Shown: positions 1 to 8,415 of the stretch, piece after piece
How the letters are laid out: every line of letters begins with the position of its first letter
How positions within the stretch are numbered: position 1 is the first letter of the stretch
Assembly: GCF_000020225.1 (NCBI RefSeq)
Contig: NC_010655.1
Coordinates: 810,001 to 842,000 of the forward strand
DNA from: Akkermansia muciniphila ATCC BAA-835
Lineage (GTDB): Bacteria > Verrucomicrobiota > Verrucomicrobiia > Verrucomicrobiales > Akkermansiaceae
Direction of reading: 5' to 3'
DNA: 32,000 nucleotides
Notes under the pieces: generated by a model
What the model saw: the letters and a program-made list of their open reading frames with translations, nothing else
Told to the model about the DNA's origin: nothing
Databases searched by the model: none
Translations under genes and position numbers: made by a program

Positions 1-2282
1 CCCTCAAAACTGAGGGCGGCAATATTTCCCTGGGAGACAATTCCGTCCTGGATGGCACTACTGTTTCCGCAGAATCCGCCGACCTGAACAAAACCGTTTA
101 CAGCAATGACGGCGGCAGCTGGAATACCGTCGCAAGCACTGAAAAGCTGGGCACCATCGAAGGCAGCGTCACGCTGGGTGAAAATACTACCGTCAAGGGA
201 AATTCCACCCTGACAGCGGATGACAATATCGCCATCGGCAACAACAGCGTCATCACCGGCAATACCGCCGCTGACGGCGTGATCTCCGCAGGTGGCCAGA
301 TTTCCATCGGGGACGGTACCCAGGTCTTGGATAACACCGCCACCAGCGACGGCAAAGCCGCCATCAACCTGGCGGACGGGCAAACCCTGTACATCGGCTC
401 CGGAGCAATCCTTTCCGGCAATACTTCCAACGGCGTTTCCGGTTCCGTGCAGGCTGGCCAAAACACCCAGATCAACGTTTATACGGACGCCACCGCCTAT
501 ACCTTCATCAATGACGGCATCTCCACCACGGCCGCCGCTTCCACGGCTGACGCCGCTCCGCTGGCTGCTGACCAGACCGTCATGACGAAGACCGGAGCGG
601 GAACTCTCGTTTACGGCGGCACAGGAACCACCGATACGTTCGGAGGAACCTACCAGCAGCTTGAAGGCAACCTGATCATCGGCCATGCCACCTTCGGCGC
701 CGTTGACTCCGCCACCGGAGAAGTCGGTCCGCTCCAGTCCATTGACGGCGCCGTAATGGGGACGGACGATACTGTTTACGACATTCGGACGGGACAGGTG
801 ACCCTGGCGAAGAATTCCACCATGAAGGGAGCTTCCGCCACTTTCGGAGGCGATTCTACCTTGCTGCTGAGCGACGGGTCCGTACTGGACTTCGGCACTC
901 CCGCCACGTTCCAGGATAATTCCCGCGTAGGCATCCAGGTATCCGACGCCAGCGGCAATCCCGTTCCGCTCGCCCAACTCCGCAAGGGGACGGAAAGCGT
1001 GACGGTCACGCTGAACGGCACGGACATTTCCGGACGCCTGCTGAACAACGTATTTCTGAGCACCACCATGGCTCCGGGAACGGCGGAAGGCACCACCACC
1101 ATCACCCAGGATATGAAGGGCATTGACGGCCCCATGTCCGGCTACAACGGCAACGTTTACACCGTAGCGGCCGCTCTGGAAAACAACCGTCTGAATGTGG
1201 CCGCCGGTTCTCCCGCCGCCCAGTTCTATGAAAACCTGTTCCGGGCCACGAGCGCGGATGAAGCGGCCCGCATCATCCAGTCCGTCAGCGGTGAACACGT
1301 GGTGAACTTCACCTGGGCAGCCAGCCGCACCGTGCGGAACTTCGCCGACCTGGGGCGCATTCAATCCGCCGCCTCCATGGCACGCCAGACGGAAGACACC
1401 GTTGAAGTAGTGGACGCCAAGGGTTCTCCGATCGCCCGCAAGACAATCGCCAGAGGCAACGGCAATATCTGGGTGGGCGGCATGGGAATCTGGGATGACC
1501 AAGATGCCCGCGACGGTGTTTCCGGGTATAAGTATAATGCCGGCGGTTATGCCGTAGGCATTGACTACAAAGCCGCTCAAGGTTCCCTGATCGGCATCGC
1601 CGCCGGTCAAAGCTTCGGCAGCTTCAAGGATAAGACAGGCATCGGCGCCGACTACGACGTCGATTCCTTCCTGGCCATGATTTATGGACGCATGCATCCC
1701 TTCAGGGACAGCAAGTTCACTCTGGACGGCTACGGCGCCTACGGACGTTCCCGTTTCAAAGGTGATTCCTACATCATGGGGTCTGCCGCCAACGGCAGAG
1801 CAGATACGGACACCTTCAGCGGCGCCCTTTACGGCACCTGGACGGAACGTTTCGCACTCGGCAGGGCCTTTATAACACCTTACACGGGTATTGAGTTCAT
1901 GACTTCCGAACTCAAGGGATTCTCTGAAAGCGGACCTTATGGGCGCACCTTCGGCCACGCCCGGGCCCAGAACTGGACCATTCCTGTCGGCATTACGATC
2001 GCCCGCGCCTACCAGACGGACGGAGGCACCACCATCACCCCGGCCTTGACGGTAGCCGTATCCCAGGATGTGAGCCGCATGAATCCGAAATCCAATGTCG
2101 CCGGCCCCCTCGGAACCTGGAACGCCCGCGGCGTCAATGTTGGCCGCACCGCATTCCGTTTGAATGCCGGCATTGATGTGCTCTTCTCCAACCAGTGGGG
2201 AGCACGCGTCTGCTACCAGTTCGAGACCCGCAACAAGCTGACCGCCCACGGTATCAACGGCGCCCTCAGCTATACGTTCTAA
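1..2282 (+). CDS. Autotransporter (type Va) outer-membrane protein, 5'-truncated by the window edge; beta-helix-like passenger plus C-terminal beta-barrel translocator
   Basis: The frame of the listed ORF 279..2282 (GTG-initiated in the track) stays open back to nt 3 with no stop, so the gene starts upstream of the window. The passenger is G/N/T/S/D-rich with recurring short G-x-N/T-x-I/V/L turns. The last ~280 aa show an alternating aromatic/hydrophobic beta-strand pattern and end in GALSYTF (terminal Phe, an OM beta-barrel signature). A strong terminator follows. Confidence 0.85.
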   Translation, partial: LKTEGGNISLGDNSVLDGTTVSAESADLNKTVYSNDGGSWNTVASTEKLGTIEGSVTLGENTTVKGNSTLTADDNIAIGNNSVITGNTAADGVISAGGQISIGDGTQVLDNTATSDGKAAINLADGQTLYIGSGAILSGNTSNGVSGSVQAGQNTQINVYTDATAYTFINDGISTTAAASTADAAPLAADQTVMTKTGAGTLVYGGTGTTDTFGGTYQQLEGNLIIGHATFGAVDSATGEVGPLQSIDGAVMGTDDTVYDIRTGQVTLAKNSTMKGASATFGGDSTLLLSDGSVLDFGTPATFQDNSRVGIQVSDASGNPVPLAQLRKGTESVTVTLNGTDISGRLLNNVFLSTTMAPGTAEGTTTITQDMKGIDGPMSGYNGNVYTVAAALENNRLNVAAGSPAAQFYENLFRATSADEAARIIQSVSGEHVVNFTWAASRTVRNFADLGRIQSAASMARQTEDTVEVVDAKGSPIARKTIARGNGNIWVGGMGIWDDQDARDGVSGYKYNAGGYAVGIDYKAAQGSLIGIAAGQSFGSFKDKTGIGADYDVDSFLAMIYGRMHPFRDSKFTLDGYGAYGRSRFKGDSYIMGSAANGRADTDTFSGALYGTWTERFALGRAFITPYTGIEFMTSELKGFSESGPYGRTFGHARAQNWTIPVGITIARAYQTDGGTTITPALTVAVSQDVSRMNPKSNVAGPLGTWNARGVNVGRTAFRLNAGIDVLFSNQWGARVCYQFETRNKLTAHGINGALSYTF

Positions 2283-2326
2283 GTAGGAGAGCGCTCCAGC
2301 GCATGCTTTTACTTGGTTATGGTAGG

Positions 2327-2357
2327 CCCTTTCCCGCCCCACGCGGGAAAGGGTTTT
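2327..2357 (+). terminator. Rho-independent terminator of the autotransporter gene
   Basis: Perfect 11-bp stem ccctttcccgc (2327-2337) / gcgggaaaggg (2343-2353), 5-nt loop, then TTTT (2354-2357). It lies 45 nt after the stop codon. Confidence 0.8.
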
Positions 2358-2393
2358 CCGTATGTTTCCGCATCCGTTCTTTTAATTCCTCTG

Positions 2394-2577
2394 CGGATTC
2401 CCAATCCGAAAAATAAATCCACGTCTCTTTATTATGCATAAATAATTGGAATTGTGAATTATATAATGGTTTTAAATTTCCCGCAGGAAAGTTTCTGGTT
2501 ATAAGACGACTCTGTTCATGTATTTGTATAAACATCTCGTTTTTATCGTTTAGTGTTGACTTCGGATTGGGAATCCG
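2394..2577. repeat. Perfect 17-bp inverted repeat pair flanking a 150-bp AT-rich spacer (candidate invertible element or paired palindromic operators)
   Basis: cggattcccaatccgaa (2394-2410) and its exact reverse complement ttcggattgggaatccg (2561-2577). Each arm is itself a palindrome, CGGATT-N3-AATCCG. The enclosed 2411-2560 is strongly AT-rich and carries a TATAAT-containing tract (tatataat, ~2460-2467). The right arm ends 33 nt before the ATG at 2610. Confidence 0.75.
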
Positions 2578-2609
2578 TTACCCGTGCTTTTTTGAAGTAC
2601 CTGATCAAC

Positions 2610-3350
2610 ATGAAATTATCTACATTCTGCATCTTATGTTGCCTTTCCGCAGGTCTTTCCCAGGCTGCCACCTACGTCTGGAGCGGAGCGGCAGGGAACG
2701 GAATTTACGGAAATTCCAACAACTGGACGGTCAACGGCGCGCCGAACGGCTATTATCCGCAAAGCAATAGTGATACCGCCATCATCGGAGAAAATGCCGG
2801 AACGATCACCTGGTCCACCGGGCAATCTTATTTCGGAGCCACTAACACAGTCCAAATAGACTCCGGAAGCACCCTGCTTTGTACAACGGAAATAGGAGAT
2901 CTCAACGTTAATTCTTTCACGCTGAAAGGCAATTCCCAATTGATATTTGAATCCAGCAACGCCCTTGGACTGGGACGTGATTTCACGCTGAACTTCGGCA
3001 CGTTTACGGCGGAGGAACACGGTTCCTGGGTTGCCACGAATCTCCCCAGCTTCTGGACCAATGGGAAAACCGTCACCTTCGTCGGCACACTGGATATGAA
3101 CAACCTTTCCGGAAGCGGAACTATTGAACTCGCTTCCATTAAATCTTCCCAACTGGGAGGCAATCTCAATTTGGACCTGAGCGGCCTGGACATTACCGGC
3201 AACAACCAAATTCAAGCGGATGTAACACAGGTCACGGAAAACGACATCATCAAGGTGTTGATTAACTACGAAACCGTTCCGGAACCCACAACGGCCACGC
3301 TGAGCCTCCTGGGACTGGGCGGTCTGCTGTTAAGAAGAAAGAGACAGTAG
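2610..3350 (+). CDS. PEP-CTERM sorting-domain surface/secreted protein
   Basis: ATG at 2610 gives a clean signal peptide, MKLSTFCILCCLSAGLSQA. The listed 2553 GTG start adds a non-signal extension running through the inverted repeat. The C-terminus VPEPTTATLSLLGLGGLLLRRKRQ has the PEP motif, a hydrophobic helix and a basic tail. The body is G/N/T/S-rich. Confidence 0.8.
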   Translation: MKLSTFCILCCLSAGLSQAATYVWSGAAGNGIYGNSNNWTVNGAPNGYYPQSNSDTAIIGENAGTITWSTGQSYFGATNTVQIDSGSTLLCTTEIGDLNVNSFTLKGNSQLIFESSNALGLGRDFTLNFGTFTAEEHGSWVATNLPSFWTNGKTVTFVGTLDMNNLSGSGTIELASIKSSQLGGNLNLDLSGLDITGNNQIQADVTQVTENDIIKVLINYETVPEPTTATLSLLGLGGLLLRRKRQ

Positions 3351-3373
3351 CCTCTTCCGCATGTCTGATTCCA

Positions 3374-3412
3374 CCCCGGCTTATTCCTCAAGGAAAGCCG
3401 GGGTTTTCTTTT
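3374..3412 (+). terminator. Rho-independent terminator after the PEP-CTERM gene
   Basis: Stem ccccggctt (3374-3382) / aagccgggg (3395-3403), followed by TTTTCTTTT (3404-3412). Confidence 0.75.
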
Positions 3413-3514
3413 GCCGCTGGCCCGGTTTGCGCACGCCTCCCTTATATCGCAACATTTATCCTGCGGAACCATATAGCATCCTTCCAGACGGAAAAATCCG
3501 TTTTCCAGAGCAGG

Positions 3515-4885
3515 TCAGAACTCGCAATTCCGCGGGGTACGGGCAAAAGGCAGGACGTCGCGGATGTTGGTCACCCCGGTCACGAACATCAACAGGCGTT
3601 CAAACCCGGCACCGAATCCGGCGTGCGGCACCGTGCCGTAGCGGCGCAGATCCGCATACCACCGGTACGCTTCCGCATTCATGCCCATGCTGCGCATGTT
3701 TTCCTCCAGAATATCCAGCCGCTCCTCACGCTGGCTGCCACCCACGATTTCACCAATGCCGGGCACCAGCACATCCATGGCGGTAACGGTCTTTCCGTCT
3801 TCATTCAGGCGCATATAGAAGGGTTTAATCTCCTTCGGGTAGTTGTACACGATGACGGGGCATTTAAAATGCTCCTCCGTCAGGAAGCGTTCATGTTCGC
3901 TCTGCAGATTGATGCCCCAGGAAACGGGGTAATCAAATGTTTTGCCGCTCTTGAGCAGGATATCCACGGCTTCCGTATAGGAACAGCGCACAAACGGCGT
4001 TTCCTTCACATGCTCCAGGCGTTCCCGCAGCCCCTTGTCTACAAAACGGGTCAGGAATTCCACTTCTTCCGCGCTGTTTGCCAAGGCATCGCCGACGAGA
4101 AAACGGACAAACTCTTCCGCCATGTCCATGTCTCCATACAGGTCGCAGAATGCCATTTCAGGCTCCACCATCCAGAATTCCGCCGCATGGCGCGTAGTAT
4201 TGGAGTTCTCCGCCCGGAACGTGGGGCCAAAGGTATAAATGTTGCTCAGGGCGCACGCGAACGCTTCCCCTTCCAGCTGGCCGCTTACCGTGAGGTAGGC
4301 CGCCTTGCCGAAGAAATCCCGGGAGGCGTCACGGGAAGTAGCGTCTCCCACATCCAAAGTCGTCACGCGGAACATTTCTCCGGCCCCTTCGCAGTCACTG
4401 GCGGTAATAATGGGAGTGCTGACCCAGGAAAAATCCCTTTCCTGGAAAAAGCGGTGGATGGCGAAGGCCAGCCTGCTGCGCATGCGGAACACGGCTCCAA
4501 ACAGGTTGGTGCGGGGGCGCAAATGGGCGATGGAACGCAGAAACTCCGGCGTATGCCCCTTTTTCTGCAAGGGATAGGAATCCGGAACAGCCCCCACCAG
4601 CTCCAGGGAAGCGGCGCGCAATTCCCATCGCTGCCTTCCCTGCCCGGCAACCAGAGCGCCGCGGATGCTCACGGCAGACCCCGTAGCCATTTCTCCAATC
4701 CGTTCATAGCCGGGGATACCCTCATCCGCCACGACCTGCAGGGAGGCGACGGAGGAACCGTCATTCACCTCCAGAAAGGAAAAAGCCTTGGAATCACGGC
4801 GCGTACGCACCCATCCCTGAATCAGTACGTCCGGCATTTCCTCCTCACTGTCCAGGACATGTTTCACCAATGTTCTGTTCATCAT
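3515..4885 (-). CDS. asnS: Asparagine--tRNA ligase
   Basis: Class IIb aaRS pattern with an N-terminal OB fold ([23 protein letters not shown], very close to the E. coli AsnS N-terminus). Class II motifs are [21 protein letters not shown] and GFGAGFERL. The start is moved to the MMNRT methionines (4885/4882) because that matches AsnS N-terminal length; the track start at 4915 is the alternative. Confidence 0.92.
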   Translation of the reverse strand: MMNRTLVKHVLDSEEEMPDVLIQGWVRTRRDSKAFSFLEVNDGSSVASLQVVADEGIPGYERIGEMATGSAVSIRGALVAGQGRQRWELRAASLELVGAVPDSYPLQKKGHTPEFLRSIAHLRPRTNLFGAVFRMRSRLAFAIHRFFQERDFSWVSTPIITASDCEGAGEMFRVTTLDVGDATSRDASRDFFGKAAYLTVSGQLEGEAFACALSNIYTFGPTFRAENSNTTRHAAEFWMVEPEMAFCDLYGDMDMAEEFVRFLVGDALANSAEEVEFLTRFVDKGLRERLEHVKETPFVRCSYTEAVDILLKSGKTFDYPVSWGINLQSEHERFLTEEHFKCPVIVYNYPKEIKPFYMRLNEDGKTVTAMDVLVPGIGEIVGGSQREERLDILEENMRSMGMNAEAYRWYADLRRYGTVPHAGFGAGFERLLMFVTGVTNIRDVLPFARTPRNCEF

Positions 4886-4990
4886 GGCGCAAGTATAATA
4901 CAGCGCCTTGCCCATGCCAGCAGAATTGCTTCACCACGGAGAGAATATTACGGATTTTCCGGCAGAGAAGGAGGGGATATGCCGCACCTG

Positions 4991-6271
4991 TTATTTGGAA
5001 GGCTGCATGACCTGCCGCCCCGTCGTAATGGCGATGGCATCCGCCAGCGGCATTTCCTTCTCCGTATGGGCGGCCCCCCAGGAATCTGAAAAGATAAGCG
5101 TTTTCTTTTCCTCGTCAAAACCGATAATCAGCCTCAAATGGCCTCCGCGCGTCTGGGACAAACGCAACGGTTCCGGAACAATGCCAAGCTGCACGGACCA
5201 AAACACGGGGATGCCCGCCATGATATAGGGCCTGATGGCATTGAGCCACCTGTCCACCTGGGACGGTGATCCGGCACGCGCCAGCTTCAGGACTTCTCCG
5301 TCCGCATTGTCCCAGAAACCGGACCAGTCATGTTCATTTTCCACCTTCTCTTTTTTCAGCTTGGAGGCAGCGCGGTTATAGGCTTTCAGCAGATTCCTGA
5401 AATCACGGGAATTCGCCAGGGAATCCAGCACTTTGATCCGTATCTGGAAGCGCGTCCCGATTTTTTTCAGGTTTTCCGCCATTGCCGCCGTATTAGTGCC
5501 TCCGTCCGCAGAGGTATTGGCCAGGGAAGCCAGTTCATGCTGATCCACATAGTCCATTCCATAATAGGCAAAAATGCGGGCGGCGGTAGCCACCACGCAA
5601 TAACCTTTCTGGCCCTGGTCCACCATGGGAATATCCTGAATCACCACCCGCTTTCCTTCTTTCCTGACGTGCTGCTTGATATCCGCCTTTCTGGCCCGGG
5701 AAGAAGCATCTCCCCTCGCGATGGAATCTTCCGTGGGACCGGCCTTCATCCGGATAAATTCCGCTTCAAACTCCCTGCCCTCCCGCGATGTATTGATCTC
5801 CAGGGTAATCGCCCCGTTGTCCCAAATCCAGGACCAGCCGTTGACTTTGACTACCGCCTCCTTACGGGAGGCCCGGTACTCCTTGGGCTGAATCCCGGTA
5901 AGAGCGGTCAGGGATTCCTTGATGAGCTCCAGGCGCTTGTCAAATTCATCCTTGCCAATGGCCCCGTTATCCCCCTTGTTGTACATCATGACAGTCATTG
6001 ACTGGGGGGCTCCGTCCTTCCAGTTCACCAGCATTTCCCCCAGGGACATGTCCCCTATCTTGATGGAGGGCTTCGCAATCCGGAGCTGGGTCTTGCCTTT
6101 ATCCACCCAGCCGCCGGGCTCTCCGTTAAAATACTTTCCGAACAAATCCGGCTGAGGCAGCTTCCAGAACGCACCAGACTTTAAATCCGGCGCCATGTTG
6201 CCCGCGCCCCAGGCGGAGGGAAGAAGGCAGCAGACTGAAAGGAAAGGCAGAATGGCAGAGATAAATCGCAT
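4991..6271 (-). CDS. Secreted protein with an uncharacterised N-terminal domain and a C-terminal papain-fold (C39-like) cysteine peptidase domain
   Basis: Signal peptide MRFISAILPFLSVCCLLPSAWG. The C-terminal half shows the Gln/Cys block QGQKGYCVVATAARIFAYYG (Cys225, codon 5597-5599) and the His/Asp block GGHLRLIIGFDEEKKTLIFSDSWG, matching the C39-like peptidase pattern (Q..C...yyG ... H..vv.Gyd....i.D). The N-terminal ~180 aa are not recognised. Confidence 0.65.
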   Translation of the reverse strand: MRFISAILPFLSVCCLLPSAWGAGNMAPDLKSGAFWKLPQPDLFGKYFNGEPGGWVDKGKTQLRIAKPSIKIGDMSLGEMLVNWKDGAPQSMTVMMYNKGDNGAIGKDEFDKRLELIKESLTALTGIQPKEYRASRKEAVVKVNGWSWIWDNGAITLEINTSREGREFEAEFIRMKAGPTEDSIARGDASSRARKADIKQHVRKEGKRVVIQDIPMVDQGQKGYCVVATAARIFAYYGMDYVDQHELASLANTSADGGTNTAAMAENLKKIGTRFQIRIKVLDSLANSRDFRNLLKAYNRAASKLKKEKVENEHDWSGFWDNADGEVLKLARAGSPSQVDRWLNAIRPYIMAGIPVFWSVQLGIVPEPLRLSQTRGGHLRLIIGFDEEKKTLIFSDSWGAAHTEKEMPLADAIAITTGRQVMQPSK

Positions 6272-6429
6272 AACGAAAAAAGGGGCGGGGAATAGCCCCG
6301 CTGCTCGGAATCTACGCTGGTAATGTATTCTCCCATGACGGTTCTGCCAAGAAAAAATGAATCTTCCTCCAGCGAACCATTCCTTCTTTATCCTCTCCCA
6401 TCCGTCCTTTTCTAATAATGCTGCCCGGT

Positions 6430-6472
6430 AAAAAAACCGGCCTGCCGCAGTAAATTCCGCAGCAGGCCGGTT
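6430..6472 (-). terminator. Rho-independent terminator of trxA (minus strand)
   Basis: On the + strand, an A7 run (6430-6436) precedes stem ccggcctgc (6437-6445) / gcaggccgg (6462-6470). Read on the minus strand this is a GC stem followed by U7, 26 nt after the trxA stop. Confidence 0.8.
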
Positions 6473-6497
6473 TGAATGAATAAACCAGTCCGATGAT

Positions 6498-6815
6498 TTA
6501 CATGAACGGACGCAAACGCTGCATGATAGCGTCCTTGGAAGAAGCTCCCACCATCGTATCCATGATTTCCCCGTCCTTGATAATCAGAAGAGTGGGGATA
6601 GTGCGCACGCCATAGGTGGCGGCCAGTCCGTTGTTGGCGTCCACATCCACTTTGCCCACTTTGATCTTACCGGCCAATTCCGTAGAAAGCTGGTCAATAA
6701 TCGGGGCGATCATGCGGCAGGGACCGCACCATGTAGCCCAGAAATCGACAAGCACAGGAATGTCGGACTTCAGAACTTCATCCTCAAAATTTGCTTCAGA
6801 AAATACGTTTGCCAT
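6498..6815 (-). CDS. trxA: Thioredoxin
   Basis: 105 aa with the canonical WCGPC active site ([15 protein letters not shown]) and TrxA-length fold pattern ([28 protein letters not shown]). Confidence 0.93.
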   Translation of the reverse strand: MANVFSEANFEDEVLKSDIPVLVDFWATWCGPCRMIAPIIDQLSTELAGKIKVGKVDVDANNGLAATYGVRTIPTLLIIKDGEIMDTMVGASSKDAIMQRLRPFM

Positions 6816-6853
6816 AGTACCGCTTAGAGTATTTCAACAATCATTACGTTCAC

Positions 6854-7531
6854 TTATTCTTCCGCATCGGCGCCATCATCGGAAGACTCTTCAGCAGAAA
6901 CGTCATCGGCCGTTTCTTCATCGGCGGCGGGAGCAGCGGGGGCAGGCTTGGAGTCTCCGCCCAGCCAGCCAACCATGCTGCGGGCTTCCAAGGTGTCCGT
7001 AGCGTATTGATAACCGATGAAAACAAGCGCAAAGGCAAGGGCCACAAAGGAGAGGACATTCAGCAGCGTACTGGGAGCCGCATCCGTATCTTCTTGAAAC
7101 TTCCTGGCCGTAAAGGAGGCGGAAGAAACCGGAGAGGCCGCGGGTGCGGTATTCAGCCCGATGGTGGCCTGCGGAAGCTGTGCTGTCGCCATGCCTGCTC
7201 CGGGAGGAGTCAGAGGAACAGTAGGAGCGGCAGCGGCAGGCGCCGCGCCAGCAGGAGGAACCACGGGGGCCACAGGCGTAGTGGCGGAGCCGAGGGCAAC
7301 CGTCTTTAATCCTCCGCCAAGCTTGATGCCTCCGCCAAGACCGGCGGGACGAAGGGGAATAGTGGGCGCAGCGGCGGCAGGCGGAGCAGCAGGTGCCGCA
7401 GGCGCGGCGGCTACCGGAGGAACGGCCGGAGCGGCAGGTGCCTTGGGCACGGAAGGAGCAGCCGGCGGAGTCGGAATGCTGGGCGGAGGCGGAGTACCGC
7501 CCGGAATGGAGGGGGGAGGTGGATTACTCAT
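6854..7531 (-). CDS. Pro/Ala-rich low-complexity membrane-anchored protein with an acidic C-terminal tail (hypothetical)
   Basis: About 150 aa of P/A/G/V low complexity, one clear TM helix (LLNVLSFVALAFALVFIGYQY), then an acidic tail (ADEETADDVSAEESSDDGADAEE). It ends 38 nt upstream of trxA on the same strand. The antisense frame is also open because of composition. Confidence 0.6.
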   Translation of the reverse strand: MSNPPPPSIPGGTPPPPSIPTPPAAPSVPKAPAAPAVPPVAAAPAAPAAPPAAAAPTIPLRPAGLGGGIKLGGGLKTVALGSATTPVAPVVPPAGAAPAAAAPTVPLTPPGAGMATAQLPQATIGLNTAPAASPVSSASFTARKFQEDTDAAPSTLLNVLSFVALAFALVFIGYQYATDTLEARSMVGWLGGDSKPAPAAPAADEETADDVSAEESSDDGADAEE

Positions 7532-7719
7532 ATCGGAAAAATAACTGTGCTGAACGATAGCTCTCGCTTATTTCAGCCCGTAAATCAAGAAAAAGAATGC
7601 GTAGAACCTGAATTCCGTGCAATTTTTTTTAATTTGAAGCGTATTCCATCTCAAACACGCTGTCCGGACTTGCCCTGAAAAGCGTTCTTTCCTACGCTGT
7701 GTATCCGGCATTATCTCAT

Positions 7720-8400
7720 ATGAAACCCATTACCAAACTAGCTTCCTCCACCCTGCCCGACGGCTCCGTTCTCGACCTATGGGAACGGGACGGTTTCCAC
7801 TTTCTTTTGCGCGACGGCGTACAGACAGCGTCCAGCTTTTCCCACGGAAGCAATGAAGCGGCGGCAGCCATGGCGGCGGCTCCGGTTAAAAGAGCCAACC
7901 AGCCCTCCTTCCTTCTCGACGGCCTCGGCCTGGGATTCACCCTGTTCGCCCTGATGGATCAAATTCGCAGAGAAAAGGCCCGCTTCATCGTGGCGGAACC
8001 CTGCAAACCGCTTATCTACTGGCACAAGGAACTGATGAACCAGGAACGGCCCGGATTCCTGCACGATCCCCGCGTCAGCGTGGAATTTACCCCGGCGCTT
8101 CAAATCGCCCGCAAGAATCCGAAAAGCTTCCACGCCATTCTGTCCCATTCCACGCACGAACGCATGAACCTGAGCGTAGCCGAAGCTTCCGACTATTTTG
8201 CCGCACTCAAGCAGGGCGGTCTGCTGGTCATTACGGTAGCCCGCCCGGACACCCGACTTTCCCGGACACTGCAAAAAGCGGGGTTCGAAGTAAGCACGGA
8301 AGCCGTTCCGGCCTCACATAAAGGAAAGAAAACCGCTTTTCACACCGTTATTCTTGGAAAGAAGGGACGTTTCGTCCCCTTCTCCGCTCACCAGTCCTGA
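7720..8400 (+). CDS. Spermidine-synthase-like class I SAM-binding-fold protein (short form, no N-terminal tetramerisation domain)
   Basis: The pattern LDLWERDGFHFLLRDGVQTASSFSHGSNEA ... FLLDGLGLGFTLFALMD ... FIVAEPCKPLIYWHKE ... DPRVSVEF ... FHAILSH ... ALKQGGLLVITV ... AGFEV matches the widespread bacterial spermine/spermidine-synthase-like family. ATG at 7720 is preferred over the GTG at 7699. Confidence 0.65.
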   Translation: MKPITKLASSTLPDGSVLDLWERDGFHFLLRDGVQTASSFSHGSNEAAAAMAAAPVKRANQPSFLLDGLGLGFTLFALMDQIRREKARFIVAEPCKPLIYWHKELMNQERPGFLHDPRVSVEFTPALQIARKNPKSFHAILSHSTHERMNLSVAEASDYFAALKQGGLLVITVARPDTRLSRTLQKAGFEVSTEAVPASHKGKKTAFHTVILGKKGRFVPFSAHQS

Positions 8401-8415
8401 TTCCATCCTATTATT

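Noticed and set aside
2317-2535. 72-aa minus-strand ORF in the autotransporter/PEP-CTERM intergenic region
   Set aside because: It lies in the AT-rich regulatory spacer and runs through the terminator hairpin. Its sequence is implausible as a protein.
2394-2577. Interpretation of the inverted repeat pair as a MITE or IS remnant
   Set aside because: There are no flanking target-site duplications that I can see and no transposase fragment. I found no second copy of the element in the window. The location directly upstream of a surface-protein gene fits a regulatory element better.
3623-5089. 488-aa + strand ORF covering the asnS locus
   Set aside because: It is antisense to a gene with unmistakable AsnS motifs. 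Its translation is R/H/G/A-rich with no recognisable domain. Long stop-free antisense frames are expected in GC-rich, codon-biased genes.
7161-7544. 127-aa Gly/Ala-rich + strand ORF
   Set aside because: It is the mirror image of the Pro/Ala-rich minus-strand gene. That gene has a TM helix and acidic tail and is positioned in line with trxA, so it is the more plausible coding strand.
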